DNA of 64,000 nt, taken from Myxococcota bacterium. Its GTDB lineage: Bacteria; Myxococcota_A; UBA9160; JAFDDA01. Location of the stretch: positions 1,696,001 through 1,760,000 of the forward strand of contig OZ245817.1 in the NCBI GenBank assembly GCA_965228475.1. The letters run 5' to 3'. Below are positions 9,307 to 18,514 of the stretch, in pieces. Made by a program: the position numbers and the translations under genes. A model generated the notes under the pieces. It was not told the DNA's origin. It did not search any database and saw only the letters and a program-made list of their open reading frames with translations. Within the stretch, counting starts at the first letter, position 1. Every line of letters starts with the position of its first letter.

Positions 9307-9360
9307 GCCCGGCAATCTAGCGCGCCTGCTTGGCGGAGCGTCTGCGGGCCGTGCGCTGGC

Positions 9361-9388
9361 TTGACGCGCAGGGGGTGTGCCATACCGT
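9361..9388 (+). promoter_or_regulatory. sigma70-like promoter for the exonuclease gene
   Basis: TTGACG-N16-TACCGT in the divergent intergenic region. Confidence 0.4.
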
Positions 9389-9507
9389 AGAGGTCCCTCC
9401 TCCTGATCCTCCAGGAGCGCTGTCGCCTGTCTGTTTCAGACTCCGCCTCGAACGCGATATTCGAGTCGATCCTTGCGGAACTGCGCCGAAAGGATGGGGG
9501 ACTTCCC

Positions 9508-10326
9508 GTGGCCCACGTCGCGCGGGCCCTGCTCGCGGCCTCGAGCGCGCCCCCCGAGCCGCTGGCCCGCCAGATCGTGGGAGCCGCTCTGGGACGCCCG
9601 CCCTCGGCGGTGCCGGCCTGGCTCCAGGCGGAAGACCTCACCGTCGAATCGCCCGAGCCCGACTGGAGATCGACCCCGCTCGCCCGGGCGGAGTTCCATG
9701 TCGTCGATCTGGAAACGACGGGGCTCTCGCGCCAGTGCGACATCCTCGAGATCGGGGCCGTCCACCTCGCGGCCGGGCGCCGGGTCTCGCAGTTCTTCAG
9801 CCTGGTGCGTCCGGCCTCGGGGCGGGTCCCGGTGAAGATCACGGCCCTGACCGGCATCGACGATTCGCTGGTTCGCGATGCGCCGCCCCAGGGCGACTGC
9901 CTGCGCCGCTTCCGCGCCTGGCTCGACCGCTCGCCCGGCGCGGTGTTCGTCGCCCACAACGCGCCCTTCGATTCGGGCTTCGTTCGCCGCGGCTTCGCTC
10001 GCTACGGGCTCCCGACCCTCGCCGCCCCCGTCCTCTGCACCCGAAAGCTCGGCCGCCGGGCCGTGCCCGAACTGCTCCGCTACGACCTCGACCGCCTCTG
10101 CGGCCACTTCGGAATCGACAACGGCGCCCGCCACCGCGCGACCGGCGACGCCTCGGCGACGGCGGATCTCCTGCTGGCGATGCTCGAGCGGCTCCCGGGC
10201 GAGGTCGCGACCCTCGGCGATCTGTTCGACCGCCTCGCCGCGCCGCCGCCTCCGCGCCCGGGCGCGAAGCGCAGCCGGAACCGCCGGTCTCGGGCGAAAC
10301 CCCGTCCGCCGGCCCCGAACGCCTAG
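9508..10326 (+). CDS. DEDDh 3'-5' exonuclease (DNA Pol III epsilon/PolC-exo-like)
   Basis: VVDLETTG, FVAHNAPFD, HRATGDA. May start at CTG 9427 after AGGAG. Confidence 0.85.
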   Translation: MAHVARALLAASSAPPEPLARQIVGAALGRPPSAVPAWLQAEDLTVESPEPDWRSTPLARAEFHVVDLETTGLSRQCDILEIGAVHLAAGRRVSQFFSLVRPASGRVPVKITALTGIDDSLVRDAPPQGDCLRRFRAWLDRSPGAVFVAHNAPFDSGFVRRGFARYGLPTLAAPVLCTRKLGRRAVPELLRYDLDRLCGHFGIDNGARHRATGDASATADLLLAMLERLPGEVATLGDLFDRLAAPPPPRPGAKRSRNRRSRAKPRPPAPNA

Positions 10327-10339
10327 GGGCAAGGGCCCA

Positions 10340-10367
10340 TCCAGCGGCGGCGGAAGGGCGCCGATGT
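10340..10367 (+). promoter_or_regulatory. sigma28-like motif upstream of motA1
   Basis: TCCAG-N15-GCCGATGT; same context (CATCYAGCG) and spacing as the motif before motA2. Confidence 0.35.
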
Positions 10368-10433
10368 AGCACTCGTACCTGACCCGGTTCCGGCCACGCT
10401 GGCCCGGAACGGAGCGCGACGAGGCGGTTCGAA

Positions 10434-11192
10434 TTGGACCTCGCAACCATTATCGGCCTGATCACGGCCTTCGCGTTGATCATCGGCTCGATGCTGCTCG
10501 GTGGCTCGCTCTCGGCCTTCGCCAACGCTCCCGGTCTGTTGATCGTGGTCGGCGGCACGTTCGCAGCGGCCTTCATCAACCAGCGCATGACCCACGTGCT
10601 CGGGGCGTTCAAGGTCATGCTGCAGGCGTTCTTCGACAAGACCACGCCCCTCGACGAGCAGATCCCGATCATCATCGGACTGGCCCAGAAGGCGCGGAAG
10701 GAAGGTCTCGTCGCGCTCGAAGGCGAAGAGATCTCGGACGAGTTCCTCGCGCGGGGCGTGCGCCTCGGTGTCGACGGCCTCTCGCCGGAGATGATCCGCG
10801 CCACGCTCACGAGCGAGCTCGCCGCGGTGAAGCGCCGGCACGAGCGCGGCCAGAAGCTCTTCAAGTTCATGGAGGCGACGGCGCCGGCCATGGGCATGAT
10901 CGGCACCCTGATCGGCCTGGTGCAGATGCTCCAGACCCTCTCGGACCCGTCCGCGATCGGCCCCGCCATGGCGGTCGCGCTCCTCACCACTCTCTACGGC
11001 GCGATCCTCGCCTTCGTGATCTTCGGGCCCATCGCCTCGAAGCTCGAGGGGCGCACCAACGACGAGGTCGCGGCCAAGAGCCTCGCGATCGCCGGCGTCG
11101 AGTCGATCCTCAAGGGCGACAACACGATGCTCATCCAGTCGAAGCTCGAGGCCTACCTCTCGCCCATCGAGCGCGAAAAGAACGCCGAGTAG
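10434..11192 (+). CDS. motA: Flagellar stator A subunit (PomA/MotA-type)
   Basis: MDLATIIG, ARKEGLVALE, APAMGMIGTLIGLVQML, AVALLTTLYG; TTG start. Confidence 0.93.
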   Translation: MDLATIIGLITAFALIIGSMLLGGSLSAFANAPGLLIVVGGTFAAAFINQRMTHVLGAFKVMLQAFFDKTTPLDEQIPIIIGLAQKARKEGLVALEGEEISDEFLARGVRLGVDGLSPEMIRATLTSELAAVKRRHERGQKLFKFMEATAPAMGMIGTLIGLVQMLQTLSDPSAIGPAMAVALLTTLYGAILAFVIFGPIASKLEGRTNDEVAAKSLAIAGVESILKGDNTMLIQSKLEAYLSPIEREKNAE

Positions 11193-11198
11193 CCGGCG

Positions 11199-12017
11199 GT
11201 GTCCGACGAGATCGAAGAGGGTGGCGGCGGCGACGGCGGTTCCCCGGCATGGATGGCGACCTTCGGCGACCTGATGAGTCTCCTGCTCTGCTTCTTCGTC
11301 CTCCTGCTCTCCTTCGCGACCATGGACATCATCAAGTTCACCCAGATGGTGGGGTCGCTGCAGAGCGCCTTCGGCGTCCAGCAGGAGATCGTCGCCGATT
11401 TCCGGTCGCTCTCGACGTCGCCCATCGAGTTCTCGGCGACGCCGTCCTCGCCCCAGCTCGACATCCTCGAGACGCCGACCACGGGCCACAGCCAGAGCGA
11501 CGAGTCGCGCCGGCTCGTGACCGAGATCGAGCGCGTGGTCCGGGAGCTCCAGCTCGAAGACGCCGTCGAGGTCGAGAACGAGCAGCGCGGCGTCGTCCTG
11601 CGCGTGAGCGGGAAGCTCCTGTTCGGCTCCGGCGGGACGGAGATCAGCGAGGAGTCCGCGCCGCTGCTCGAGCGGATCTCGGAGATCGCGGGCAAGGTCT
11701 CCAACCAGATCAGCATCGAGGGGCACAGCGACGACCAGCACATCGAGAGCGAGCGTTATCCGAGCAACTGGCACCTGGCGGCCGGCCGTGCGATCTCGAC
11801 CCTCGACCACCTCTCCGAGGAGAACGGCCTCGACCGCTCGCGCATGAGCGCCACCTCTTATGGGGAGACCCGCCCGCTCGTCCCCAACGATTCCGAGGGC
11901 GGCCGCTCGACGAACCGCCGCGTGGAGTTCGTCTTCCTGCGCGATTCCCACGCGACCTCGCGCTACGCGCCCGGTTCCCCGGCCCGGGTCCTCGAAGAGG
12001 CGGGGATTTTCGACTGA
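11199..12017 (+). CDS. motB: Flagellar stator B subunit (PomB-like)
   Basis: WMATFGDLMSLLLCFFVLLLS TM segment; OmpA-like domain (EGHSD, SNWHL, NRRVE). Confidence 0.93.
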   Translation: MSDEIEEGGGGDGGSPAWMATFGDLMSLLLCFFVLLLSFATMDIIKFTQMVGSLQSAFGVQQEIVADFRSLSTSPIEFSATPSSPQLDILETPTTGHSQSDESRRLVTEIERVVRELQLEDAVEVENEQRGVVLRVSGKLLFGSGGTEISEESAPLLERISEIAGKVSNQISIEGHSDDQHIESERYPSNWHLAAGRAISTLDHLSEENGLDRSRMSATSYGETRPLVPNDSEGGRSTNRRVEFVFLRDSHATSRYAPGSPARVLEEAGIFD

Positions 12018-12144
12018 CGAGGCCGCCCGAACCGTTCGCCGTGAAACGCTTGCAACATCCCGTTTCAACAAGGATTTCAAGCTGAGCGGCGGCCCCCTCG
12101 ATTCCCCCGGCGCGGTTTTTCGCATGGAATCGCGGAGTTGGAGC

Positions 12145-12171
12145 TAAAGACCGCGTGTGACTCGCCGATCC
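12145..12171 (+). promoter_or_regulatory. sigma28-like promoter upstream of the kinase/sigma54-activator pair
   Basis: TAAA-N15-GCCGATCC. Confidence 0.55.
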
Positions 12172-12209
12172 CTGGGCCTGTAGGTGGCTCAAAATGAGGG
12201 GGATCGAAA

Positions 12210-13013
12210 GTGAGTCAGCGGAAGGCATCGCGGCCTGAAAGGCCGGACGCTTCAGATCGCACGGCACGGGCCCCCGAGGCGCCGGCCTGCGAGCCGCCCT
12301 CCGAGATCCGGCTGCCCGCCTCCGTCGCCCACGAACTCGCGAACCCGCTCGTCGCGATGACCCAGGCCGTTTCGGTCCTGCGCGGAAGCCTCGAGGATCC
12401 CGACGACGTCGAGCTCGCCGACTGCGTCCTCACCGAAGGGCGCCGCCTCCGCCGCCTGATCCAACGCTCCGCGGCGGCGGGGTGGCGGCCGGTTCGCGCC
12501 GTCGACGCCACCGCCATCGAAGAGTTGATCCACGCCGTGGTCGCCCTGGTCCGACTCGACCCGCGCGCGCCCGCCGACGTCCGCTTCCACCTGCGCCTCG
12601 AGCCCGGCCTCGAACCCATCCCGATGGACCGCGACGCCGTGACCCAGGTGCTCTGGAACCTCGTGTTGAACGCCGTCCAGGCGGTGGACCGGGAGGGCAA
12701 CGTGACGGTCCTCGCCGAGCGGGCCACCGGCGGAGGCCTGCGCGTGGAGGTCCGGGACGACGGCCCGGGGGTTCCGGCGGGCGACGTCGAGGGTCTCTTC
12801 GCGACCGGCGTGAGCCTTCGCGCGGAAGGAACCGGCCACGGGCTCGCCGTCTCGCGGGAGATCGTCGAGGCCCACGGCGGGGCGCTGACCTTCGAACCCT
12901 CGGAGTCGGGCGGCGCCCGGGTCCGCTTCTTGCTCCCCCGCAACGGCCCTCCCTCGCACGCAGGAACCTCGGAAACCCAAACGGACCCCACGGGCTCGCG
13001 CCCGACGAACTGA
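12210..13013 (+). CDS. Small cytoplasmic histidine kinase with no evident sensor domain
   Basis: AHELANPL, NLVLNAVQA, DDGPG, GTGHGL. Confidence 0.85.
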   Translation: MSQRKASRPERPDASDRTARAPEAPACEPPSEIRLPASVAHELANPLVAMTQAVSVLRGSLEDPDDVELADCVLTEGRRLRRLIQRSAAAGWRPVRAVDATAIEELIHAVVALVRLDPRAPADVRFHLRLEPGLEPIPMDRDAVTQVLWNLVLNAVQAVDREGNVTVLAERATGGGLRVEVRDDGPGVPAGDVEGLFATGVSLRAEGTGHGLAVSREIVEAHGGALTFEPSESGGARVRFLLPRNGPPSHAGTSETQTDPTGSRPTN

Positions 13014-13029
13014 GCAAGGAGCACGAGAC

Positions 13030-14418
13030 GTGTCCCAGATTCTCGTCGTCGACGACGAAAAGACGATCCGCATGGCCCAGGCCACGGCCCTGCGGCGAGC
13101 GGGTTTCGACGTAGAAACCGCCGCCACGGGGGAAGAGGCCGTGGCGATGGTGCGCGACACCCCCTTCGGCCTGGTCCTGAGCGACGTTCGGCTCCAGGGG
13201 ATGGACGGGATGGAGGTGCTGCGCGCCGTCCGCGCGGCGAGCCCGGGCACCCAGGTGATCCTGATGACGAGCTTCGGCACCGTCGAGGACGCCGTCGAGG
13301 CGATGCAGCTCGGCGCCCACAGCTACGTCCGCAAGCCCATCGAGATGGCCGACCTCGAGCCGATCGTCCGCGAATGCCTCGCGGCGGGCGGCAGCGGGGC
13401 GGAGTCCGCGGCGGCCCCGCCGAGCCAGCGCGCCGACGCCGGGCGCGATTCCTTCGCCGGCATCATCGGCGACTCCCGCAAGATGCGGGAGCTGCTCGAG
13501 CTCGTCGGCAAGGTCGCCGACACGGACAGCACCGTCCTGATCACCGGGGAGACGGGCACCGGCAAGGAGCTCGTCGGGCGCGCGATCCACAACGCGAGCC
13601 GGCGCCGCGAGCGCGTCTTCAGCGCAGTGAACTCGGCGGCCTTCCCCGAGACGCTCCTCGAAAGCGAGCTGTTCGGGCATCGCCGCGGAGCCTTCACCGG
13701 AGCGAGCAGCAACAAGAAGGGGCTGTTCGAGCACGCCCACCAGGGCACGGTGTTCCTCGACGAGGTCGCCGAGATGCCGCTCTCGATGCAGGCGAAGCTG
13801 CTGCGCTTCCTGCAGACCGGCGAGATCCGCCCCGTGGGCGGGGAGGCCACGCGTCTCGTCGACGTCCGCCTCGTCACCGCCACCAACAAGAATCTCGAGG
13901 ACGAGGTCGCCCGCCGAACGTTCCGGGAAGACCTGTACTACCGGCTGGCGGTGATCCCGGTGCACGTGCCGCCGCTGCGCGACCGCATCGAGGACGTCCC
14001 GCTCCTGGCGCGCCACTTCCTGCGCGGCTTTGCTGCGAAGATCGGGAAGGACGTCGGCGAAGTGAGCGACGAGGCCATGCAGGCCCTGCTCGCCTACGAC
14101 TGGCCCGGCAACGTGCGCGAGCTCGAGAACTCGATCGAGCGCGCCGTGGCCCTCTGCCGCACCGATCGCGTCCTGCGCGACGACCTGCCCGGGCGCATCC
14201 TCGAGCGCCGCGTCGCCCTGCCGTCGAACGGCATCCAGAGCCTTCAGACCCTCGAGCGCGCCCACATCATCGACACGCTCGAGAAGGTCGGCTGGAGCCG
14301 CAAGCGCGCGGCCGAGCTGTTGAACATCTCCACCACCACGCTCTGGCGCCGGCTCAAGGAGTTCGGGATCGACGCGTCCGCATCGCGCCCGCCCGAGTCC
14401 GTCCAGCCGCAGCCCTAG
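13030..14418 (+). CDS. NtrC-family sigma54-dependent response regulator (REC-AAA+-HTH)
   Basis: ILVVDDE, LVLSD, GETGTGKE, ELFGH..GAFTGA, FLDE, WPGNVREL, Fis-type HTH. Confidence 0.93.
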   Translation: MSQILVVDDEKTIRMAQATALRRAGFDVETAATGEEAVAMVRDTPFGLVLSDVRLQGMDGMEVLRAVRAASPGTQVILMTSFGTVEDAVEAMQLGAHSYVRKPIEMADLEPIVRECLAAGGSGAESAAAPPSQRADAGRDSFAGIIGDSRKMRELLELVGKVADTDSTVLITGETGTGKELVGRAIHNASRRRERVFSAVNSAAFPETLLESELFGHRRGAFTGASSNKKGLFEHAHQGTVFLDEVAEMPLSMQAKLLRFLQTGEIRPVGGEATRLVDVRLVTATNKNLEDEVARRTFREDLYYRLAVIPVHVPPLRDRIEDVPLLARHFLRGFAAKIGKDVGEVSDEAMQALLAYDWPGNVRELENSIERAVALCRTDRVLRDDLPGRILERRVALPSNGIQSLQTLERAHIIDTLEKVGWSRKRAAELLNISTTTLWRRLKEFGIDASASRPPESVQPQP

Positions 14419-14472
14419 CCACGCCCGGTCGGCGCTAGCCACGGCTAGTCACCAGGTTCGGAGGATCCATCC

Positions 14473-15048
14473 ATGGCCGAAGAAGAGACCACCGAAAGCA
14501 CCGAGGAAGAAGCCGCCGCCGAAGGCGGAGGCAAGAGCTCGCTCATCATGATGATCGGCGCTGCGGTCGCGGCGCTCGGCGTCGGGGCGGGCGCGGCCTA
14601 CGTGGCGATCAAACCCGATGCGGACCGGCTCGCCGAGCTCGAGGCCCAGGTGGCCGCGGAGGGCGAGATCGAAGCCGGCGACGCCGCGACGATGGAGGAG
14701 GGCGCCGAGGCGACGGGAGACGTCGCCGCCGGCGGCGAAGCCTTCGCCGAGCGCGTGCTGGCCCTCGAGCCCTTCGTCGTGAACATCACGGGCCACGACT
14801 ACGCCCGCTACCTGAAGGTGAAGATCGAGCTCGAGGCCGAATCGCCCACCGTGCGAACGGAGCTCGAGGAACGCCTGCCCCAGGTGCGCGACGGCGTGAT
14901 CGTCCTGCTTTCCTCTCGCCGCCTCTCGGACGTGACGGACTTCGAGGGGAAGGTGCTGCTCAAGGAGGCCATCGCCGAGCGCATCAACGGGATGCTCGAG
15001 TCGGGCGCGGTCCGGCAGGTGATGTTCACGGAGTTCGTCGTCCAGTGA
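14473..15048 (+). CDS. fliL: Flagellar basal-body protein FliL
   Basis: N-terminal TM; LEPFVVN, RYLKV, FTEFVVQ. Confidence 0.92.
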   Translation: MAEEETTESTEEEAAAEGGGKSSLIMMIGAAVAALGVGAGAAYVAIKPDADRLAELEAQVAAEGEIEAGDAATMEEGAEATGDVAAGGEAFAERVLALEPFVVNITGHDYARYLKVKIELEAESPTVRTELEERLPQVRDGVIVLLSSRRLSDVTDFEGKVLLKEAIAERINGMLESGAVRQVMFTEFVVQ

Positions 15049-15977
15049 GTGAAGGGGCCGTCCGCGGAGACGTCCTCTCGCGGGACGAGCTCGATGCGCT
15101 CCTGGCCACCCTGGCCGACGAGCGCAGCGAGAAGGATGGCGAGCGCGCGGGCGCCGGCCGCGAGGGCGGACGCGCGCGCGCCTCTGCGCCGACCGCACTG
15201 GGACGCCACCTCGAACACTGGGCCCACGAGCAGGCCCGCCGCCTTTCCTCGGTCCATCAGACGACCGTCCAGTTTCCGCTCTCCCGTTGGGAGACCATGT
15301 CCTCCGGCGAGCTCGCCGAGGCCATTCCTCCCTCGGACCTCCTGACGGTCGTCGAGTTCTCGCCGAACAACGCCGTCGGCTACCTGTGGCTCGGCCGTCC
15401 GCTGCTCTTCTCGATGATGGCGCTCTCCTACGGCGCACCGAGCGTCAAGGCTGCCGCGCCGGTGGCGCGCCCGTACACGCGGATCGAGAAGCGCTACTAC
15501 CGCCACTTCTCGAGCGAGCTGCTCTCGACCCTCGATGCCGCCTGGCAGGATCTGGTGGAGCTTCGCTCCCGCGTCCTCACCGTGGACGGTCTCGACCGCC
15601 TCTACGAGGACGCCCACGACCCGATGCTCGTCGCCACCTTCGAGGTGGAGGGCCTTTCGGACTTCGGGCGGATGCGTCTGGCGCTGCCGGCGGGGCCCTT
15701 CGAATCCCTGGCGGGCAGCCCCGCGCGGGTCGCACCCACGCGGCGCTGCGAGCTCGAGGACGCCGTGCTCGACACCGCGGTTTCCCTGCGAGTCGAAGCC
15801 GGGGGACTCGACCTGACCCTGCGTGCCCTCGCCGGGCTCGAGGTCGGCCAGGTGCTTCCGCTCGACACCGAGCGGGATGGCGAATTCGTGGTCCGGATCG
15901 AAGGGCGCCCGAAGTTCCGGGGGCTGCGGGGGGCCGTGGGCAACCGGCTCGCGATCCAGATCACCGAACGGCTCTAG
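15045..15977 (+). CDS. fliM: Flagellar motor switch protein FliM (divergent middle domain)
   Basis: LSRDELDALL CheY-binding-like N-terminus, RPYTRIE, C-terminal SpoA domain; synteny. Confidence 0.85.
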   Translation: MSEGAVRGDVLSRDELDALLATLADERSEKDGERAGAGREGGRARASAPTALGRHLEHWAHEQARRLSSVHQTTVQFPLSRWETMSSGELAEAIPPSDLLTVVEFSPNNAVGYLWLGRPLLFSMMALSYGAPSVKAAAPVARPYTRIEKRYYRHFSSELLSTLDAAWQDLVELRSRVLTVDGLDRLYEDAHDPMLVATFEVEGLSDFGRMRLALPAGPFESLAGSPARVAPTRRCELEDAVLDTAVSLRVEAGGLDLTLRALAGLEVGQVLPLDTERDGEFVVRIEGRPKFRGLRGAVGNRLAIQITERL

Positions 15978-16007
15978 GCCTCGCGAGTTCGCGAGGGGAG
16001 AAGAGAG

Positions 16008-16346
16008 ATGTCCGAAGAAGCGACCGTCGAGAACGCAGAAGAGATCCCGCAGGAGGCTGCGCCCGCCGCCGCAGGCATGGAGGCGCAGAAGGCCGGCGAC
16101 GGCCTCGATCTCGTCCTCGACGTCCCGTTGCACGTGACCGTCGAGGTCGGCGGCGCCCGCATGAACGTCCGCGAGATCCTCCAGCTCGCGAAGGGCTCGG
16201 TGGTCGAGCTGGATCGCTCCTCGGGCGAACCCGCCGACGTGCTCGTCAACGGGCGCGTGGTGGCGCGGGGAGAACTGACGGTCGTCGACGACCAGGTCGC
16301 GGTGCGGATCGTCGAAGTGGTCGGAACCGCGGGCGCCGGGCACTAG
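16008..16346 (+). CDS. fliN: Flagellar motor switch protein FliN
   Basis: LVLDVPLHVTVEVG, GSVVELD, VNGRVVARGE. Confidence 0.93.
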   Translation: MSEEATVENAEEIPQEAAPAAAGMEAQKAGDGLDLVLDVPLHVTVEVGGARMNVREILQLAKGSVVELDRSSGEPADVLVNGRVVARGELTVVDDQVAVRIVEVVGTAGAGH

Positions 16347-16381
16347 GCCGGCGTCCGGGGAAGGAAAGGGGGCACCGGGGG

Positions 16382-17449
16382 GTGTGGCTCGAATCCGTAT
16401 CGGCTCTGCTCATGGTCCTGGGCGTCTTGATCGCCCTGCGGCTCGCCTTGCGCGGCGTTCTGCCCCGGGTCTCGGCCCGTCGGAGCGTCCGCGTGACGGA
16501 GTCCTGTGCGCTCGGTGGGAAGCAGCGTCTCCTGGTCGTCGAGGTGGACGGGGAGCGGCTCCTGCTTGGGGCCGGGGAAGGCTCGATCGAACTCCTTCGC
16601 GAGCTCCCGCCGGCGCCGGCCAAGGAATCGGAAGAAGCGAGCGACGGGCCGGACGTGGAGGGCTGGTGGCAGACCGTGCGCCAGGTGCTCCGCACGGCGG
16701 GGATCGGCGCGGCCCTGGCGCTGTGTCTGGGGGCCGCGGAGCCGGCCTTCGCCCAGACCGTCTCGACCGCGGGCGACGGCTCCTCCGTGACCCTCTCCCT
16801 CGAGGGCGCCACCGCGCCGGATCGAATTTCGTCGACGCTGCAGATCGTCCTGCTGATGACGCTGCTCTCCGTCGCACCCTCCCTGCTCCTGGTCGCGACG
16901 TCCTTCACGCGCATCGTCATCGTGCTGTCGCTGTTGCGGCAGGCCATGGGCATCCACCAGCTCCCGCCGAACCAGATCATCGTCGGTCTCGCGCTCTTCA
17001 CCACCTTCTACGTGATGGCGCCGGTCGGAGCCGAGATGAAGGAGACGGCCTACGACCCCTACGTCGCCGGGGAGATCGGGGAGGAGGAGCTTCTCGAGCG
17101 CGGCGTGAAGCCCGTGCACACCTTCATGACCCAACACACGCGGGAGTCGGACCTGGCGCTGTTCGCCGACCTCGCGGGCAAGACCCTGCCCGAGGATCCG
17201 GCCGACATCCGCTTCTCGAACCTGCTCCCGGCGTTCCTGATCAGCGAGATCCGCACGGCCTTCGAGATCGGCTTCATGGTCTATCTGCCGTTCCTGATCG
17301 TGGACCTCGTCATCGCGAGCATGCTGATCTCGATGGGCATGATCGTCCTGCCCCCGATCATCATCTCCCTTCCGTTCAAGATCATGCTGTTCGTCCTGCT
17401 CGACGGCTGGAACCTGATCATCAAGGCCCTGGTCTCGGGATTGCTGTAG
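16382..17449 (+). CDS. fliP: FliO-FliP fusion (single open frame)
   Basis: FliO-like TM + LGGKQRLLVVEVDGERLLLG continues without a stop into FliP (TSFTRIVIVL, PPNQ, LPFLIVD, PFKIMLFVLLDGW). Confidence 0.85.
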   Translation: MWLESVSALLMVLGVLIALRLALRGVLPRVSARRSVRVTESCALGGKQRLLVVEVDGERLLLGAGEGSIELLRELPPAPAKESEEASDGPDVEGWWQTVRQVLRTAGIGAALALCLGAAEPAFAQTVSTAGDGSSVTLSLEGATAPDRISSTLQIVLLMTLLSVAPSLLLVATSFTRIVIVLSLLRQAMGIHQLPPNQIIVGLALFTTFYVMAPVGAEMKETAYDPYVAGEIGEEELLERGVKPVHTFMTQHTRESDLALFADLAGKTLPEDPADIRFSNLLPAFLISEIRTAFEIGFMVYLPFLIVDLVIASMLISMGMIVLPPIIISLPFKIMLFVLLDGWNLIIKALVSGLL

Positions 17450-17451
17450 GC

Positions 17452-17721
17452 ATGGAGATGGAGCAGATCACGACGCTCTTGCGCTCGACGATCTTCACGG
17501 CGCTGCTGGTCTCCTCGCCGGTGCTGATGGCGGCGCTGTCCGTCGGTCTCATCATCTCGATCCTGCAGGCCGCAACGCAGGTGAACGAGCAGACCCTCAC
17601 CTTCGTGCCGAAGATCGTCGCCGTGCTGGGCACCTTCGCGCTGCTCTTCCCGTGGATCTTCGGGACGGTCCGCGACTACGGCATCTACCTGATGGAATAC
17701 GCCGTGAAGGTCGCGCCATGA
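17452..17721 (+). CDS. fliQ: Flagellar export protein FliQ
   Basis: VGLIISILQAATQVNEQTLTFVPK. Confidence 0.93.
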   Translation: MEMEQITTLLRSTIFTALLVSSPVLMAALSVGLIISILQAATQVNEQTLTFVPKIVAVLGTFALLFPWIFGTVRDYGIYLMEYAVKVAP

Positions 17722-17737
17722 GCAGCGGAGCTCCTTC

Positions 17738-18511
17738 ATGAGCGTCCACTTCGCGATGGACGAGGTCGTGCTGCTGATGCTCGGCGCCATCCGAATGGCG
17801 GCGTTGCTGCTCTCGGCACCGATCTTCGGTCACATGGCCGTTTCGGCACGGGTGCGCGTGATGATCGCGCTCTCGGTGGTCCTGGCGCTGCCGCTCGAGC
17901 CGGCCCCCGGATTCGACCCGAGGGAACTCTCGGCGATCGTCCTGCTCGCGGCGGGCGGCCGGGAGGTCCTGATCGGCGTGATGATCGGCTTCGGGACCCG
18001 GCTTCTGTTCGCGGCGTTCAGCCTCTTCGGCGAGATCCTCTCGATCGAATCGGGTCTTTCCCACGCCCGCGTCCTCGACCCGAACACCGGCGGGACCTCG
18101 GTGGCGCTCGCCTCGTTGTTCGACCTCTTCGTGATCGGCGTCTTCTTCGCGGTGGGCGGCCATCACTGGATGATCGAGACCTTCGCGCTCTCCTTCCAGA
18201 CCTGGCCGATCGGAGGAGGGGCCCCCGCTGCCGGGTTCTTCTTCGAGATCGCGAGCATGGGCGGAAAGCTCTTCAGCATGGCGCTCCAGCTCGCCATGCC
18301 CGTGGTCGTCGCGATGACCCTTTCGAACCTGGGGCTCGGCATCCTCGCGCGCGCGGTGCCCCAGCTCAACTTGATGATGCTGCAGCTCCCGGCCCACGTG
18401 GTCATGGGGCTCGCCATGTTGAGCTTCGGCTCGGGCGCGCTGATCCGCGCTTCCGGGCGGGAGATCCTCGCGTGGAGCGAGATGCTCGCTCGGCTGGTCG
18501 GAGGGGTCTAG
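17738..18511 (+). CDS. fliR: Flagellar export protein FliR
   Basis: APIFG, polytopic membrane protein, RAVPQLN; synteny. Confidence 0.9.
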   Translation: MSVHFAMDEVVLLMLGAIRMAALLLSAPIFGHMAVSARVRVMIALSVVLALPLEPAPGFDPRELSAIVLLAAGGREVLIGVMIGFGTRLLFAAFSLFGEILSIESGLSHARVLDPNTGGTSVALASLFDLFVIGVFFAVGGHHWMIETFALSFQTWPIGGGAPAAGFFFEIASMGGKLFSMALQLAMPVVVAMTLSNLGLGILARAVPQLNLMMLQLPAHVVMGLAMLSFGSGALIRASGREILAWSEMLARLVGGV

Positions 18512-18514
18512 TCC

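Noticed and set aside
15287..16381. N-terminal extension of the 720-aa FliP ORF (likewise the extended track ORFs for flhA, flhG, fliQ, flgB)
   Set aside because: Overlaps fliM/fliN in another frame with shadow-like composition; true starts are downstream
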